Virus record (IMG/VR): IMGVR_UViG_3300022555_000016
Direction: 5' to 3' (one strand)
From: an uncultured virus (IMG/VR IMGVR_UViG_3300022555_000016)
Taxonomy: Duplodnaviria; Heunggongvirae; Uroviricota; Caudoviricetes
Length of the DNA stretch: 64,000 bases
Shown here piece by piece: positions 1 through 10,235 of the stretch (positions are counted from its first letter, which is position 1; the number at the start of each line of letters is the position of its first letter). The position numbers and the translations under genes are program-made. The notes beneath the pieces are model-generated. The model ran no database searches, was not told the origin of the DNA, and saw only the letters and a list, made by a program, of their open reading frames with translations.

Positions 1-1256
1 GTTAGACATGTAGTCAAGCTGATTTTTAACCCAAGTCTGATCATTGCCTAGTCGGTGGAAGATGCTAGACAACAGCAAAGCAGCCGGATTAAGTGTTGTT
101 TGACTCTCTGGAATTACTAAGCAAAAGGCTCCGCGATCTTTGCTAAACACTAAAGCCGAGTCAAAGCACCCCAGATCAATGTGGTCGTCCTTTAGAACGA
201 TGTTCTTAACTTTAGTTGACATTTTTGTTCCACTTTTTTGTTAGAGTTCTTTTTGAACCTTGGAAAACTTGATATGATTGACTTGCCAGCCGTTAGAGCT
301 ACGATCCCAAACAAAGACGGTATCATCTACTTTATTTCTAGAGATTAGCAACCCAGTTTCATTTAAAGCGTCAACCAGCGATTCAAAACTTTTCCAAACA
401 GGATCACTAAAATCGGTACCGGTTTCCACTAAAACATGGTAGCCCTTGGCCTTTTCCTTAGCATTGACGTATTTAGCGTACAAGGTTTCTTCTTCTGCTG
501 TTAGAGACATTTTACAGTTTCCTTTGTTTTTACTGGTTAAGATTCACGAATCATAGCTAATGTATGCTCTTGTTCCCACCCTCTAATCCAAGCACGGATT
601 AAAGGGCCGTCAAACTCATGCCGTAGCCAATAGGCAGGAGTGTTAAACTCACCATCAGGAGCTTCTCGGTCAACTTTATAGACTAATTTATCCCAGCCGT
701 TGCTTCCTACGCCGTTATTAAAGTCTTCCCTACCTAGTTGTTCAAGCTCTCTAGCTCGATCATAGTTGGAACTTGCAACAAGATAGTCTGATTCACCACG
801 AGAGGCTTGACACATTAAGAACACCTGTTATTTAAGGTATTGTCTTCAGTCTGTAGATTTGCACCCTTGCTCTCCAGAAAAGGAACCAAAACGTTATTAA
901 AACAGTCGCAACAAATATCAAAGAACTTAGAGGTTGTCTCATAGGAAGCGCCTGTGTATTGTCCTACGGTTAGCTTGACTTCAGTTAACGCCCGATCAGG
1001 CCAGTCAGTATTTGACCAATCACCCACATGTTCAACACTATCTTCTTTAACAGTCACTACTCCACACAGGTCACATTTGAACTCAGTTACTACTGGTTTA
1101 GTGCTAGTTACGGTGCTAAGTTCAATTTTTCTCATGATATGCCCTCCAGGGTAATTTGTTTAGTTTCCAACCGTCGAATCCATCAATTACATTAGGGTAC
1201 CCGTTAATAAATAACACCTCGGCGGCTAGTTGCTTACATTACTGAAGTTAAGAGGT

Positions 1257-1347
1257 TGGCGCCCTCGGGTGGGTCCTGCCCCCACCCTTCTACGAATAGC
1301 CGCGTCGCGACAACCAGCTACCGTATTACCCCAATCTCGGGGATGGC
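1257..1347 (-). ncRNA. tRNA-like/tmRNA-TLD-like structured RNA ending in CCA
   Basis: Minus strand reads GCCATC-[CCCG AGAT TGGG]-GTAA-[TACG GTAGCTG GT TGTCGCG AC G CGGCTAT T CGTA]-GAA-[GGGTGGG GGCAGGA CCCACCC]-GAGGGC-G-CCA. It is a GC-rich intergenic island with no ORF. Confidence 0.6.
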
Positions 1348-1626
1348 ATAAACTACAAGACTTAACTTATGTGGTCAGTTAATTAAAATTAGGTTTTGGT
1401 CTTGATGTACTGTTTTGCAAGCTCGGCTAGGTACTCAGGATTCTTGTACCGACTGTCTATATTTTCCCTGAACTTCTTAGCAGTTGCGTCTCTTGATTTT
1501 TTCCAAAGTTCGCCAACTTTACCGGTAAGAATTACTGCTTGTACACCCTTTAATTTGTACTGTAACTCCAACTCTTTATTTTTTAAAGGAGTCGTCAGAC
1601 ATGTACAAACCTCCTAACTGTTAAAT

Positions 1627-1722
1627 TTGCTACTGCACCAGTTACGTTCAGGTTATAGCTTAGACCAGCTCTGAGGCTATGCAGACAAGTTCTGCAACGT
1701 CTCCCTTCCAGTGCAGTAGCAA
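1627..1722. ncRNA. candidate structured RNA closed by a 12-bp perfect stem
   Basis: TTGCTACTGCAC(1627-1638)/GTGCAGTAGCAA(1711-1722) encloses ACGTT/AACGT, ATAGCTT/AGGCTAT and GCAGA/TCTGC stems; intergenic. Confidence 0.45.
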
Positions 1723-2331
1723 CTAGTACAGAAACTATTTCTTAACGGCCGGTTCTGGTTCGCTTGAGAACGGAATAGAATTAGCTGCTTGAAATCCGCT
1801 GATTGGAGGAGAGTACTCTACTTTATCAGAGACTTCGTAAACCACAGTTACAGAGTAACGACCTATGCGTACCTGGATTCCTTCGTATAGCTCTGGAGTC
1901 AGCATAATTGCAAATTCGGCCATTACAGAGTTTGCAATAGCTATTGCAGCTTCTGGCCTAATGACTAAAGATGCCAAATGAGCATCGTTTATAAGTAACG
2001 AGTGACGGTACATAGGGGAGATTAGAAGCTTCTGGTCTAGAGGGATCGCGATAGGCGACCACTCCCGAGTAATGGTAAAATTACCGGCGGTGACTGGGTT
2101 ACTAGCTAAAGTACGAACTTCAACTCGGAAAGCGTGACCTGAGAAATTACTATCAGCCATTTGGTTTAACCTCTTGTTCTACGATTGCTGAAACTAAAAC
2201 ACCGTTAATGTAGTAGGGACTCTTTTTAAATTATATGACCACAACCTGCTAAACAACACAACAACATAACAACATAACACAAGTTTACCTGCGTTTTTAC
2301 CAGGGCGCTTAGGACAATCTTGAGTTAAGCC

Positions 2332-2601
2332 TCATGCTAAACCTTTACTAGACAAAGCTAGGTTAACCTGAAAATTAACCAGATCAACGGATACATTTAA
2401 CCTAAGAGATAACTTCTTAGTTAGGTTAAGCCTATTACGAGCTTTAAACCCTTCAACGGTTACACCACAAATAGCATCACTATCATAAGCGTAGAGTAAA
2501 AGTAGACCTTCTTTATTCACACCATAAGCTGGTACAGGAGGTCCAAGAGAAACGTACATTACGTCAGACTCTGCATCGTAAGTAGCTAGTAAAGCTTTCA
2601 T
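2332..2601 (-). CDS. DUF2283-like protein (toxin-antitoxin-associated)
   Basis: YDAESDVMYVSL...ICGVTVEGF signature. Confidence 0.65.
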   Translation of the reverse strand: MKALLATYDAESDVMYVSLGPPVPAYGVNKEGLLLLYAYDSDAICGVTVEGFKARNRLNLTKKLSLRLNVSVDLVNFQVNLALSSKGLA

Positions 2602-2615
2602 CTAGGTCCTCATAG

Positions 2616-2813
2616 TTAACCAGGAAAACTAGATTGCAAAGAATCCATGTTTTCATTACTGCTGCTGGAGTCAACTACAATAGTTAAAGTGTTATCTTCG
2701 TTCTTAATAAGGTCAACAACAGAACCTTCAACAATCCCTAAGTCAGCGCAAAGCGTACGAGGTAGTCTTACAACTAATCCTTTATATCCCCACTTATTTA
2801 CGATAGTCTTCAT
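2616..2813 (-). CDS. AbrB/MazE/SpoVT-family DNA-binding (antitoxin-like) protein
   Basis: KWG..GLVVRLPRTLCADLGIVEGSVVDL swapped-hairpin motif. Confidence 0.75.
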   Translation of the reverse strand: MKTIVNKWGYKGLVVRLPRTLCADLGIVEGSVVDLIKNEDNTLTIVVDSSSSNENMDSLQSSFPG

Positions 2814-2817
2814 TTGG

Positions 2818-3081
2818 CTAAATCCTAGTCTTCTTAGTTTTTGGAGCGGCTAATGGCGAAAAAGGCTTCATTAAGTCATCAAAACTAATAGGTGTGTAGG
2901 TGTGCTTAACGTCCATTGTTACTAATTCGGGTTCCTTGGGAGGAACTTTAGTCACTACTAGACTGGAGTTTTCAAAGTCTAATTCAACAAAGTCACCATT
3001 CTTCAAGGATAATTTATCTACAACTTCTTTTGGAAGTTTAATAGACAACGAGCCTGCTGATTTAGTTAGTTTAACTTGCAT
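2818..3081 (-). CDS. AbrB/MazE-family DNA-binding (antitoxin-like) protein
   Basis: MQVKLTKSAGSLSIKLPKEVVDKLSLKNGDFVEL; start placed at ATG 3081. Confidence 0.75.
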   Translation of the reverse strand: MQVKLTKSAGSLSIKLPKEVVDKLSLKNGDFVELDFENSSLVVTKVPPKEPELVTMDVKHTYTPISFDDLMKPFSPLAAPKTKKTRI

Positions 3082-3260
3082 TTTTGGTATCCTTGATAGG
3101 CTTAGGTTTACGTCCATGGATAGGAACAAGCTTAGACTTAACTTTAGTTACAACTGGAGTTCGTAGTTCTTTAACCAATTTATCAATGTCAAGAGTTGGT
3201 ACAAATTTCTCAGGTCCCATCTGTTTAATGTTCCTTTGAACTTAACGATTATAGTTTTCA

Positions 3261-3289
3261 ACAGTACACCAAACAATTCTGAATGTCAA
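3261..3289 (-). promoter_or_regulatory. sigma70-type promoter
   Basis: TTGACA-17nt-TACTGT upstream of the AbrB/AbrB/DUF2283 cluster. Confidence 0.65.
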
Positions 3290-3528
3290 GAAGTTTTTAC
3301 CCTATTTATCCTAAGCCTTTTTAGCTTATACAGCCTGCGAACACGGAAGAGAACATGCAAAATATTAGCGAGTAAAACACATACAATAAGGACTAGAGTA
3401 TTGAAGAAGACCTTACCCAGCCAAGGCTCAGGAAGCAATTGACTAAAAATTAAAATTAAACACAAAACGATAAGGCTATAACCAACTAAATTACCTGCTT
3501 TTCTATTGCTCATTGCAAAACCCCTCTA

Positions 3529-3570
3529 AAGAGAACTTGAGTCAAATTCAAAATTGACTCAAGTTCTCTT
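3529..3570 (-). terminator. hairpin terminator after cyclophilin
   Basis: 17-bp inverted repeat AAGAGAACTTGAGTCAA/TTGACTCAAGTTCTCTT. Confidence 0.6.
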
Positions 3571-3579
3571 GCTACAAAA

Positions 3580-4038
3580 TTAGATTAGTCGTATGGAAAT
3601 AATCCGGTCAGGATTGACAACCATGCCTGTATCCTGCGGTCCTAACTTGATCTTGTCAATAGATTCCATGCCAGAAATAACGTGGCCTAGATGAGTGTAT
3701 TGACCGTTAAGGAACGGGGTGTCTGCGGTACAGATAAACATTTGACTAGAGGATGAATCTACAGATTGTGACCGAGCCATTCCTATAGACCCACGAACAA
3801 AGGGCGTGTTAGAAAACTCTGCTTTGACAGTAAAACTGACCCCTCCAGCACCATTTCCCAAGGGGCAGCCAAACTGAGCCATGAAATTTTGGATAACGCG
3901 ATGGAAAGCTAGGCCATCATAGAATCCACCGTTGATCAAATGCTTGATCAACTCACAGTGGTTTGGTGCCAGTGCTGGATTGAACTGAAGAATAGTTGAG
4001 CCGTGGATAGTGGTTAAATTAGCTTGCATTTGAAGCAC
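3580..4038 (-). CDS. cyclophilin-type peptidyl-prolyl cis-trans isomerase
   Basis: GFYDGLAFHRVIQNFMAQFGCP, RGSIGMARS, SQMFIC, FLNGQYT motifs; start may be ATG 4029. Confidence 0.95.
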   Translation of the reverse strand: MLQMQANLTTIHGSTILQFNPALAPNHCELIKHLINGGFYDGLAFHRVIQNFMAQFGCPLGNGAGGVSFTVKAEFSNTPFVRGSIGMARSQSVDSSSSQMFICTADTPFLNGQYTHLGHVISGMESIDKIKLGPQDTGMVVNPDRIISIRLI

Positions 4039-5681
4039 TTTCTTGAATTAGTTCTGGTTGCGTAGACTGTGGAACAGATTGACCCATTGCTTCCAGGTCG
4101 GCTACGTTAGTCGGTAGATTCGGCGGCGGCTTTTGATGCTTCTTATTACGACGCTCGTCAGCTTTCATCCGGCGGCGGGTAGCCCGATTCTGCTTACCGT
4201 CAATTTCTTCCTTGTAGGCCATGTAGGCCAGATTAACACAAAAAGCCCGGCGCAGGATACTGTCTTTATCAATAACCTTAATGTACGACTTGTGGTCCTT
4301 TTCGTACTTAGGAGTTTTGTACTCAACAAGCTGGTTACCTTGCTTGTCAAAAACGTGAGCGGTTCTAGAGACACGAATACTACCGGTCATCAATAACATG
4401 AAGAACGCCATATTGTTCTCCTGTGTATCTTCAGGAGCAACATACGGGTCTTCTACGTCATAGACAGTATCTACTGTCAACTCGTTAGCTGATTCACTAG
4501 CTTCGATCATCACTTACTCCACATTTTATAACAAAAAGTAGTTATTCCCATGATTACACTATTAGTTGACCCAAAAATAGAACGTACTGTACTTACGGTT
4601 ACTTGCGTAATGAGGTTATAAAGACCTTGTGTAGCAATCATGCTAAGAACAACTATAAAAAGAGCTATAGACAAAAACAACCAAACTATTCCGGAAATAG
4701 GCAACATTATTAAAAATAGTCTTCGGTATTTTCTCGGCCAGTTATAAACTTTCAAAAAATCATGCCAGGAGTTAATTATCGTATTTATCATGGTTATCAT
4801 GGTTACTTCCTATTATAACAATTATTAACAAACCACTCGTGGGAGTGTTGAGCACCACAGAAGACTAGAGGTGTGTCCAGACTTTCAACGAACAAAGGGT
4901 CGGCAAAGTAAACTACCGTACCTTGACTATCTACTAAAGGTTTACTCCCACACACGGCACAAGTTACATTAGACCAAACCATAAAAACCGGAGCCCCTGT
5001 TCTTTTAGCTTTCCAGTTAAATGTGACAAAATCAACCAATTGTGGTTTACTCATTCTGAGGGTTCTCGTTTCAAATGGAGAAAGTTAGACCAACCTATCC
5101 AATTATTCCATTGAGAATCTATGCACTGACCCCACTCAGCTATTAGTTTCAGATGAAACTTGTCTGCTAACCCAGTTCCTTTACAGGGAATGCAGAAAGC
5201 TGTGCGAAACGGTTGAACAGAACCAACAATAGTACCGTTACCGCCGCACATTCGGCACAAACACTTCAAATTACACCTAAACGTAGTTTATCAACCTCTT
5301 GTTGAAGGTTAACATGTTGATTAACTAGTTCCTGAAGTTTCTTCGGAACCAACTCTTCCGCTACAGACAACAACTTACTGCAAGTTCTAACTAGATTACG
5401 TTCTTGCTTAACAGTGGTCCAGTTACTGTTGATAGTGGATTCAACTGTATTATTTACAGATTCTTTCTTTGGAGAGGTTAAATTTAAAATATCGGAGTAA
5501 TGGAAATGTTTACCTACAATTTCTACCTTTATTGATAGAACGTCATCACTTTGTTCTATGATGTCTATGTCAACAATGGAGTTGGGATTAAGTTTCCTTA
5601 GATTGGAAAACAGGACAGCCTTTTCTGGGAAATCGTCCAGCGTTAACATTGTTAGCATGGTTATCATGGTTAGCAGCCTCT

Positions 5682-6620
5682 CTAAATCAAGTGACGTTTC
5701 AACTGGTTAATCCGGTCTAGAGTTAGATTACCAGGGTCTTCTTTCTCTATTCCGGCTTCTTTGTCTTCAGGGCACATTTTGAATCGCTTTACGTCTAGTA
5801 CGTCTTTCAGAGTTTTGTTAATCTTAACTGTTCCTAGGTTTCCTGCTTGATCTGGGTCAAGGGCGGTAATAACACGAGTTGGATCAAGACTTAAAACTAG
5901 AAGTTCTTTAATCTTGTTCCAAGTACCGGCACCTAATAAAGCTAAAGCAGGAATGTCGTGTTGTAAAAGGTTCAAGGCGTCTCTAGGTCCTTCCACAATG
6001 ACTACAGTGGAATTAGAGAAGTTGTCACGGACGTAATCGTAAGGGTAAAGCACCTTGGAAGTCCAACCACCGTCTGTGTTAAAGTAGTTAGCCTTTCCTC
6101 TTTTGACAATGTTAGCTCGGATACCACCGATATGAACATCATTGACATGACAAGGAAGGTACAGTTGGCTGCCTCTAAACTTCTCGTTAAAGAATACGTG
6201 ACCGCCAACGTTCCTAACTAATTTACCACTAATACCACGCCATACTTCTTTAGACTTCCACGGAGTCATAGTTGACAAATCTAGACCGTAAGTTTTATCA
6301 TTATGACCTAACATTTCGTCAACTTCGTCCTGAGATATTGTGGTTATTACTTCTTCAGGAGTAGATACTGTGGAAGAAACATAACCAGGAAGACCATAGG
6401 CCGCAGCAATGTCATTCATTGAAGCTGTTTTACCACAGGAGAAGCACTTGCCTGTTCCTGCTTGATATCTAGCTCCTGGAACAAATGAGACTTTCATAGA
6501 AGGTGAGTGGTCGTTGTGCCACTTACACACTATTAGTGCGTACTTACCTCTAAATTGAGCTTTAGCTTCTGAAGGAAGCTGGTTAATAAAGGCTTTGTAA
6601 AACTCGGGATTCTGGAGCAT
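5682..6620 (-). CDS. DNA primase (Zn-binding domain + TOPRIM)
   Basis: CKWHNDHSPS..CFSCG zinc motif; VEGPRDAL and DPDQAG TOPRIM motifs. Confidence 0.88.
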   Translation of the reverse strand: MLQNPEFYKAFINQLPSEAKAQFRGKYALIVCKWHNDHSPSMKVSFVPGARYQAGTGKCFSCGKTASMNDIAAAYGLPGYVSSTVSTPEEVITTISQDEVDEMLGHNDKTYGLDLSTMTPWKSKEVWRGISGKLVRNVGGHVFFNEKFRGSQLYLPCHVNDVHIGGIRANIVKRGKANYFNTDGGWTSKVLYPYDYVRDNFSNSTVVIVEGPRDALNLLQHDIPALALLGAGTWNKIKELLVLSLDPTRVITALDPDQAGNLGTVKINKTLKDVLDVKRFKMCPEDKEAGIEKEDPGNLTLDRINQLKRHLI

Positions 6621-6671
6621 TTTGACAACACGGCTCCACTAGCAATGGAAGTAGGTAATTCGTCTTGAAGC

Positions 6672-7202
6672 TTAACGTCTAGTCTGTCCTTTTACATATT
6701 CTTCTGAAATCCAAAAGGTTATGTTGTCATTGTTACACGCTGTGTGTATCATATCCAGGACGATCCAGAAGTCTAAACCACCTTTACCAATTCCTGGTAT
6801 AGGACAATGGAGTCTTCGCTTCTCTTTGGTCAAGGCTTGCTGAACTGCCCAAGTGTCCAGGTGACGGAGAGAACACAGGATTAAGTCGGAAGGCGAAGGG
6901 TCTTTCCAGTTAACTTTAGTCTGAATTGCACCAATAGACCACTCGCTGCTAACATGTCGGTCGGGCGGTGGATCAACTTGCATAGGAGGAATGATATGAT
7001 AACAGTCTTTGTCTTTGTAATGAGTGTTAATGTAGTGAGCGAAATAAGCAGGAAGTTGAGGGTACCGTTGCTTAGCTTCTAAAGCAATCCCGGCACCCAT
7101 TGTCAGAGTGCCGTCTTTCTTTATGACTCGGTTAGTAGTGATGAAAATATCAGCTTTAGGTGATACGTTGTGGAACAGATTACCTATCTTTATCGTCGCC
7201 AT
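6672..7202 (-). CDS. macrodomain (ADP-ribose binding/hydrolase) protein
   Basis: ITTN..MGAGIAL.AK.RYP, QTKVNWKDPS, PIPGIGKGGLD macrodomain motifs. Confidence 0.8.
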   Translation of the reverse strand: MATIKIGNLFHNVSPKADIFITTNRVIKKDGTLTMGAGIALEAKQRYPQLPAYFAHYINTHYKDKDCYHIIPPMQVDPPPDRHVSSEWSIGAIQTKVNWKDPSPSDLILCSLRHLDTWAVQQALTKEKRRLHCPIPGIGKGGLDFWIVLDMIHTACNNDNITFWISEEYVKGQTRR

Positions 7203-8059
7203 TTGTAGACTCCTCTGAAGAGGTAGGAAGCCCTAACATCTGTCTAGCCTTTTCTAGGTCAAACATGGAAAGACACCGTTCTAGCGACATTTCATGTTGA
7301 TTATAAAACACACACAGGCTAAGAACTAAGGCTGTAGCTATGTTGGTAGCATTCTCAGGCTGGTCTAGGAGTAAAGCTAAAGTAGTTTTAAGCTGATCCG
7401 GAGAGGCAGATTCTAAAAACTCTTTTACGCTAGGTTCCATGATGATCAACTCTTTAAGTTAAGGACTAGTTTAAACATTACATAGAAAGGTGTGCCACTT
7501 AGTAGGATTATTAGGATTTTGATTGCTTCGTATTTAACATGCTCAGGAGGAGGTTTCATCTTAAGGCTTAGCCTTTTCCTCTAATTCTGCTATTCTACGT
7601 TTAAGACTGCGTACAGTGTAGTTAAGGTTAGTGTTAAATAGTTGAATCCTCACATCGATGAGTAATTAACATAACGGACAGGGTAGTTGTCTAAACCGAA
7701 ACTCCAATGAACAACTACCACTGTACCGTCAGAGTGTTTGTTAACATCAAGAATCCTCTCCCTGGGAATGTCCTCTTCAGAAACCCAAAGGTTATATTCT
7801 TGCATAGTGGAGAAAAACTTAGTGCTTTTCTTCAAGACTCTAAACTCCTACTTGGTAGTAGTTCCATTAGTTCATCAAGATGCCCATGACCTTCAGGATA
7901 TTTAACGTTTTTGATAGCTTCCCAAGCGGATTCCGGCAAATCTTCTACTAGGATAGCTTTACGGTCTGACTTAATCTCGGTAGGAGCAACAGTTGTCTGT
8001 GACACATTAGACATATTAGACATTTTAGACATTTTAATAACCCTTTGTCTCTAAGGTAT

Positions 8060-8133
8060 TGGTGGACCAGGAGGTAATCGAAACCTCCTATTCCGATTAA
8101 AAGTCGGGCGCATTACCACTAAACTACAGGTCC
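8060..8133 (-). tRNA. tRNA-Lys(UUU) with encoded CCA
   Basis: GGACCTG-TA-GTTTAGTGGTAATGC-G-CCCGA CT TTT AA TCGGA-ATAG-GAGGT TTCGATT ACCTC-CTGGTCC-A-CCA; one acceptor mismatch and a weak D stem. Confidence 0.85.
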
Positions 8134-8162
8134 ATTTTACCAATTGCACCAACTGAGAACCA

Positions 8163-8191
8163 AGAATAACAGAACAAATCCTGAAAGTCAA
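8163..8191 (-). promoter_or_regulatory. sigma70-type promoter for tRNA-Lys
   Basis: TTGACT-17nt-TATTCT. Confidence 0.7.
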
Positions 8192-8210
8192 GCACATTTT
8201 TACTTAAGAA

Positions 8211-9338
8211 TCACAATTCGGCTTGACGGATTTCGGCTATGATATTCTGAATGATCTGAGTTCCTTTTAGGACCCGTTCGTCATCAAAACCTTTACTCAA
8301 CAAGAAAGTGTCCAAGTTACGAACTACAACTTCGGAAGAATCAGCTAACCGAACTTCGTCTAGTTGAATGTTGGAGTCACCTTCTTGCAAGGCTTTAAGT
8401 TCACCTTTGCTTTTGAATCGGAAGGGGTGATCGGTAATGTTGGGGTGTTCTACTAAGAAGTCATCAGGCAGAACAAAGTCGGAAGGAACAAACAGTTTGT
8501 AGAAGTTAGTTTCAAACTTACCTACGGTGGGTGGCTTGATTTGACCAAGGTCTTGTAGTTCGTTGATTACTAACGTGTGTAGTTTGAACGGTAACTTAAT
8601 CGGAATGAACTTGTGCTTAACAATCAACTTAGTTTTGGACCACTTGATTGTACAGTGGAGAAAACCTTTGTTGAAATCGTTCTCTTTGGTGTAAATTTTA
8701 CTGTAAAGCATTCCTGGGTAAATAGTTCGTTTACCGATACTTTGTAATTTGTGGTTGTGCCCGATAATATTAAAGTCTGACGAGTCTTCTAACTTAATAC
8801 CTTTAGATACAACCCGACCAGAAGTTTCAAACTTAGAACCAACCACATCAACATGTAAAATGTTAACTGTTGGGTACTTGGTAGGTTTAGTCTTGACGTT
8901 AGGGTGAGAACAGAAGACAAAAGGTACACCCTCAATCTTGACCTGAGTCTCTTTTTCAAAGATTTGTAGGTTAGGAGTTAGTTTCTTGTTGGCTAAAAAG
9001 TCAATTAAGTGACTAGAGTGTTGAGCGTCCGATGAAAAGTCATGATTACCTAGGATAAAGTGGAAATTAAGACCAGAGTGGTGCAGGAAATAGCCTAGTA
9101 AATCAGATATTGATTGCTGGGTAGGATTAGACGAATCAAAGATATCACCCGTTTGGATTACCGTCTTAATCCCGTTTTCCTTAGCGTAGTCTAATGCCTG
9201 ATCTACACAAGCCTTAATCTGATCATTTCCGTTTGTTTCGTAGAACCTGTTTAAGGAGTCCCAGTGCAGGTCTCCTATTACAATACATTCCATTTCTAAC
9301 AGTGAGGTAGTTGGTGCAGTTGCAACCATTGCAGCCAT
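8211..9338 (-). CDS. sbcD: SbcD/Mre11-like (T4 gp47-like) metallophosphoesterase recombination nuclease
   Basis: GDLH, GDIFD, GNHD, GHNH motifs; start uncertain (9293-9410). Confidence 0.85.
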   Translation of the reverse strand: MAAMVATAPTTSLLEMECIVIGDLHWDSLNRFYETNGNDQIKACVDQALDYAKENGIKTVIQTGDIFDSSNPTQQSISDLLGYFLHHSGLNFHFILGNHDFSSDAQHSSHLIDFLANKKLTPNLQIFEKETQVKIEGVPFVFCSHPNVKTKPTKYPTVNILHVDVVGSKFETSGRVVSKGIKLEDSSDFNIIGHNHKLQSIGKRTIYPGMLYSKIYTKENDFNKGFLHCTIKWSKTKLIVKHKFIPIKLPFKLHTLVINELQDLGQIKPPTVGKFETNFYKLFVPSDFVLPDDFLVEHPNITDHPFRFKSKGELKALQEGDSNIQLDEVRLADSSEVVVRNLDTFLLSKGFDDERVLKGTQIIQNIIAEIRQAEL

Positions 9339-9369
9339 GTTATGAGCGTCCTTAAAAATACCTTGAAAG

Positions 9370-9687
9370 TTAATCAACGTGTTTAAAAGTGCCGTCGGCT
9401 TGTCGTACAAAGGTACGACTTAAATTAACGTCAATCTTATGATCAATAGCACCAAGCAACAAGTGGATGTTGTAACCTGACTTTCTCGCAACGCCTAAAA
9501 GACATATGAAGCAATCAGCAATTTCAGTGAGGTCTTCAGGAGTACTATATAGTTCCTCAGCCTCTTCTTTTAGCTTTAACACGTAACGATCAGCAGCAGG
9601 GTACTCAAACTTTGCGTCTAACAGTTCTAGCTTTTCCTCAATGTTATGAATCAATTGAGTATAAGTAGTCAAATGAGAGTAGGACAC
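9370..9687 (-). CDS. MazG-like/DUF550 dNTP pyrophosphohydrolase
   Basis: KLKEEAEEL..PEDLTEIADC...KIDVNLSR all-alpha NTP-PPase pattern. Confidence 0.7.
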   Translation of the reverse strand: MSYSHLTTYTQLIHNIEEKLELLDAKFEYPAADRYVLKLKEEAEELYSTPEDLTEIADCFICLLGVARKSGYNIHLLLGAIDHKIDVNLSRTFVRQADGTFKHVD

Positions 9688-9701
9688 TTTTAAGACCCTT
9701 T

Positions 9702-10235
9702 CTAGCTTTTAATTTTCCTTTTGACTCCGAAGGGAACAGAAATAACGTTTCCTGTTGTAGTTGGTGTTGAGCTAATTGAATCTGAAGTAGAAGAAGTTAC
9801 TGAATCGGTAGGTTCAGACGAAGCGGCTTTATCAGACGAAGCGATTACTTGTTTAGCAGCACTTAGGATAAATTCTATATTAGCGGAGGGGTCACCGAAG
9901 TAAACAATAGAGTCAAACGGAATAGTTAAAATTTCCTTTACACCGTTGAAGTAGAGACCAATAGAGAAATAGAAGTCAAAAACTTTCAAATCTGACCACT
10001 GATGTTGAATTACTATTGTCATCCAGCCTGGGTATTTTTTGAGTAGAAAGTCTGGAATTAGTACACCTTTAGCAGAAGTGTTGAAGGTTATTCCAAAATA
10101 ATGTTCTCCAGGAAGGTATCCGTGCTCAGCTACCTTAAAAAGGACAGACTTAACCACTGATCTTAGTGCTACCTGTATCTCTGTAGCGTAGGCTATTGTT
10201 GAGAAGGGAGTTTGAAGTGATGTTGACATGGACAT
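9702..10235 (-). CDS. sspB: alphaproteobacterial-type SspB (ClpXP adaptor)
   Basis: ALRSVVKSVL..LPGEHYFGITFNT..GV..P..L..KYP..MTIVIQHQW..L.V...F.I.LYFNG..E.LTIPFDSI..FGDPS; Ser/Thr linker and C-terminal NVISVPFGVKRK tail. Confidence 0.88.
   Translation of the reverse strand: MSMSTSLQTPFSTIAYATEIQVALRSVVKSVLFKVAEHGYLPGEHYFGITFNTSAKGVLIPDFLLKKYPGWMTIVIQHQWSDLKVFDFYFSIGLYFNGVKEILTIPFDSIVYFGDPSANIEFILSAAKQVIASSDKAASSEPTDSVTSSTSDSISSTPTTTGNVISVPFGVKRKIKS

Noticed and set aside
537..824. Ribosome modulation factor-like WxxGW motif
   Set aside because: The motif is too short to support the assignment without a profile search.
1257..1347. Complete functional tmRNA (ssrA) gene
   Set aside because: No G3:U70 acceptor, no GGGG 5' end, and no tag reading frame or pseudoknot series nearby.
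2251..2285. AACAACAT/AC low-complexity repeat
   Set aside because: Short and irregular, with no structure or recognisable function.
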